The position numbers and the translations under genes are program-made. From Myxococcota bacterium (GTDB lineage Bacteria > Myxococcota_A > UBA796 > GCA-2862545), in contig JBCCQY010000185.1 in the NCBI GenBank assembly GCA_039208735.1, positions 1 to 17,163 on the forward strand: a stretch of 17,163 bases of DNA. Direction: 5' to 3'. Under the pieces are notes generated by a model. It was not told where the DNA came from. It searched no databases and saw only the letters and a program-made list of their open reading frames with translations. Shown here in pieces: positions 14,845-17,163 of this stretch. The first letter of the stretch is position 1, and each line of letters begins with the position of its first letter.

Positions 14845-16304
14845 ATCGCCGGGCTGGGTTGCTGCTCCACCCGACCTCGCTGCCAGGTCCCTACGGCATC
14901 GGAGACATCGGGCCGTCCGCCAAGGAGCTGCTCGCGTGGATGGATTCCGCCGAGCTGCGCATTTGGCAGGTCTTGCCTCTTCACCCAATCGACCCGTGGG
15001 GGTCTCCCTACGCTGCGGACTCGTCGGTGGCGCTCGAGCCGATGATGCTTTCGGTCGACGACCTTGTCGAGGACGGCTGGCTGTTGGCGCGCGAAAAGCC
15101 CTTGGCGCCTGGCCCGGCCCACCGTGTCGATTGGACGTGGGTTCGTACCGAGAAGCAGAAGGCCCTCGACCGCGCGGCGGACCGCGTCGTGGCGTCCGGT
15201 GAACTCGAGCGAGCCGAGCCCTCGCCGGCGCTGGATTCCTACGCCCTGTACAAGGCCATCAAAGACGAACAAGAGAGGGGCTGGTCGGCCTGGCCTGCGC
15301 CACTTCGCGATCGCGATCCCGCAGCTCTGGACGAAGCACGCGATCGACTGGCCTTGCGGATTGGGCGCCACCGGGCTCTGCAGTGGCTTCTCGCGCGGCA
15401 GTGGAGCGAGCTGCGCATGGCCGCCAAGGTTCGAGGCATCGAGATTTGGGGCGATGTGCCCTTTTTCGTGCCTCATGACAGCGTCGATGTATGGGAGGCC
15501 CCTTCGCTCTGGCGACTCGACGAAGACCGCGTTCCCAGCGTGGTGAGCGGGGTGCCGCCAGATGCCTTCTCCGAGGATGGCCAGTTGTGGGGCCATCCGC
15601 TCTACGACGAAGCAGCCCACGCGAACACCGAGTACGCATGGTGGCGACGCCGGATGCGGGAGTTGTTGAAGGTCGTCGACCGCGTGCGCATCGACCATTT
15701 CCGAGGATTCGAAGGGGTCTGGGAAAACCCCGCAGACGCGACGACCGCGGCCCATGGGCAGTGGGTTCCCGGCCCTGGCAAGCCCCTGCTTGAGGTACTG
15801 ACGGGGGATTTTGGACGAGAGACCTTCATTGCGGAAGATCTCGGTGTGATTACCGACGACGTTCGTGAGCTGCTCACGGCGTTCGACCTGCCGGGGATGG
15901 CCATTCTACAGTTCGCCTTCGATGGAGAGCCCAACCACGTGTACCTGCCGCATCGCCATCAGCGAAATCAGGTTTGCTACACGGGAACCCACGACAACCA
16001 GACGTCGCTCGGGTGGTTCTTGTCTCGAGGACAGGAAGAGCAGGACCGCATTCGGCGCTATCTGGCGGCCTCGGACCGAGACATGCCCTGGGCCTTGATG
16101 CGGGCTGCCTGGCGCTCGCCGGCCGACACGGCAATCGTGCCGTTGCAGGACCTGCTTGGCCTCGACGACCAGGCACGGCTCAATCTGCCAGGTACGACGC
16201 AGGGTAACTGGTCGTGGCGCACCCATGCGGCCGCGTTCACCTTGACGCTGGCCTCACGGGTGGCCGACGAGGTCCAGATTTCAGGGCGGGCTGCTTCTCA
16301 ATAG
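14841..16304 (+). CDS. malQ: 4-alpha-glucanotransferase (amylomaltase, GH77)
   Basis: Motifs GLLLHPTSLPG, WQVLPL, GVPPDAFSEDGQLWGHPLY, RIDHFRGF, AEDLG, YTGTHDN and RLNLPG...NWSWR. GTGA overlap with the pgi stop. Confidence 0.97.
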   Translation: MNRRAGLLLHPTSLPGPYGIGDIGPSAKELLAWMDSAELRIWQVLPLHPIDPWGSPYAADSSVALEPMMLSVDDLVEDGWLLAREKPLAPGPAHRVDWTWVRTEKQKALDRAADRVVASGELERAEPSPALDSYALYKAIKDEQERGWSAWPAPLRDRDPAALDEARDRLALRIGRHRALQWLLARQWSELRMAAKVRGIEIWGDVPFFVPHDSVDVWEAPSLWRLDEDRVPSVVSGVPPDAFSEDGQLWGHPLYDEAAHANTEYAWWRRRMRELLKVVDRVRIDHFRGFEGVWENPADATTAAHGQWVPGPGKPLLEVLTGDFGRETFIAEDLGVITDDVRELLTAFDLPGMAILQFAFDGEPNHVYLPHRHQRNQVCYTGTHDNQTSLGWFLSRGQEEQDRIRRYLAASDRDMPWALMRAAWRSPADTAIVPLQDLLGLDDQARLNLPGTTQGNWSWRTHAAAFTLTLASRVADEVQISGRAASQ

Positions 16305-16323
16305 GGCGGCGCCGCCGAGCGGA

Positions 16324-16878
16324 TCAGCCTTCGGTCACCCGGAAGGTGCCGTTCATCATCGCGTAGTGGCCGGGGAACGTGCAGACGAAGACGTAGTCTC
16401 CGGCTTCCGGCGCAGGGAACTCGATGGAGACCTCTTCACCACCGCCGACAAGGCCGGTGTTGGCGATCACATCGCCCTTCATGGCTTCGGGGATGTAGCC
16501 GTTGTCCTTCGCGGTCACGGCCGCGGTTGCGAACTTGGCGCCATCGGTGCCTTGCTTGAGCAACACAAAGTTGTGGCCCATGGCGGCGACAGGCAACTTG
16601 CCCACGTGCTTGAGGTTCAGCTTGACGGTGGAGCCAGCCGGAACCTCGATGAGCTTTGTGTTGAACTTCATCTGGTCCGTGCCTTCGAGGGCGACGGTAG
16701 CCACATCGCCTTCGACGGTCACTACGTTCGGCTGTTCGGCCGCAGCCGCGGGGGCTGGGGCCGGAGCGGGCGCCGGGGGCGCCTCTTTGGCAACGGGTTC
16801 AGGAGCCGGCGCGGGGGCGGGGGCGGGCGACTCGCCACAGCCGATCAATGCGGCCAGGGCGATGATGGACACCTGCAT
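16324..16878 (-). CDS. Lipoprotein azurin (type-1 blue copper protein) with a Pro/Ala-rich linker
   Basis: Lipobox ALIGC, PA-rich linker, then DQMKFN, MGHNFVL and CTFPGHYAMM (His/Cys/His/Met ligands). RBS GGAGG. Confidence 0.93.
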   Translation of the reverse strand: MQVSIIALAALIGCGESPAPAPAPAPEPVAKEAPPAPAPAPAPAAAAEQPNVVTVEGDVATVALEGTDQMKFNTKLIEVPAGSTVKLNLKHVGKLPVAAMGHNFVLLKQGTDGAKFATAAVTAKDNGYIPEAMKGDVIANTGLVGGGEEVSIEFPAPEAGDYVFVCTFPGHYAMMNGTFRVTEG

Positions 16879-16940
16879 GCAATCCTCCAGGGAAGAAGAG
16901 TGCGTAATGCCGCTCCCGCGCGAGTGCGACTCCGAATCGA

Positions 16941-17163
16941 TCAGGGGTCGACGGTCAGGGGGAACGTGATCTGAATGTCGTTGTCGCCGCCGATGGAACC
17001 GAAGCCACCGGTGCGCACCGCGTCAGCCAGTCCGGCCACCTTGACCGCGACGTCGCCTTCGGGCGGGAGGTGACGCAGGGTCACGGTTAGATCACCCGAG
17101 CCTTCGGCGTCGGTGGTGATGTCGTTGGTGAGGCCGATGGGGTTGCCCTCGCCGTCCATGTCG
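16941..17163 (-). CDS. 3' end of a hypothetical protein whose start lies beyond the window
   Basis: Open frame to the window edge: ...DGEGNPIGL...GDLTVTLRHLP...GGDNDIQITFPLTV, ending in TGA at 16943-16941. From memory it resembles the C-terminus of an uncharacterised exported-protein family. Confidence 0.75.
   Translation of the reverse strand, partial: DMDGEGNPIGLTNDITTDAEGSGDLTVTLRHLPPEGDVAVKVAGLADAVRTGGFGSIGGDNDIQITFPLTVDP

Noticed and set aside
13510..15755. Long minus-strand ORFs (492 aa and 360 aa)
   Set aside because: Antisense shadows of pgi and malQ, common in high-GC DNA; no motifs.
16305..16316. Palindrome GGCGGCGCCGCC between convergent malQ and azurin, considered as a bidirectional terminator
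   Set aside because: Only a 4-bp stem once a loop is allowed, and no U-tracts.

Overview
GC-rich, gene-dense bacterial window. MYXO-CTERM-like sorting tails, a TIGR02996-like/LRR protein and many short-signal lipoproteins suggest a Myxococcota-like organism (inference). The left end holds a minus-strand branched-chain amino-acid locus: an unannotated 32-aa Val/Leu/Ile-rich attenuator leader peptide with antiterminator and terminator-like hairpins but no U-tract, then a shrunken ilvE with two apparent in-frame deletions (one removing the catalytic Lys), then ilvB (truncated by the window edge). Next is a run of minus-strand genes: lipoprotein, CusF-like/SCO fusion, secreted two-HKD phospholipase D, TIGR02996-like LRR protein, a putative Tat-exported poly-Arg protein and a secreted hypothetical protein. 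The middle has a Cys-rich lipoprotein, plus an S1 protease and a lipoprotein that converge and encode their Arg4 sorting tails on the same 13 bp. The right side has a lysine 6-aminotransferase-like class III aminotransferase, pgi-malQ, a lipoprotein azurin and the 3' end of another gene. No rRNA, tRNA, CRISPR array or mobile element was recognised. All family calls come from motif recognition by eye, not database searches.
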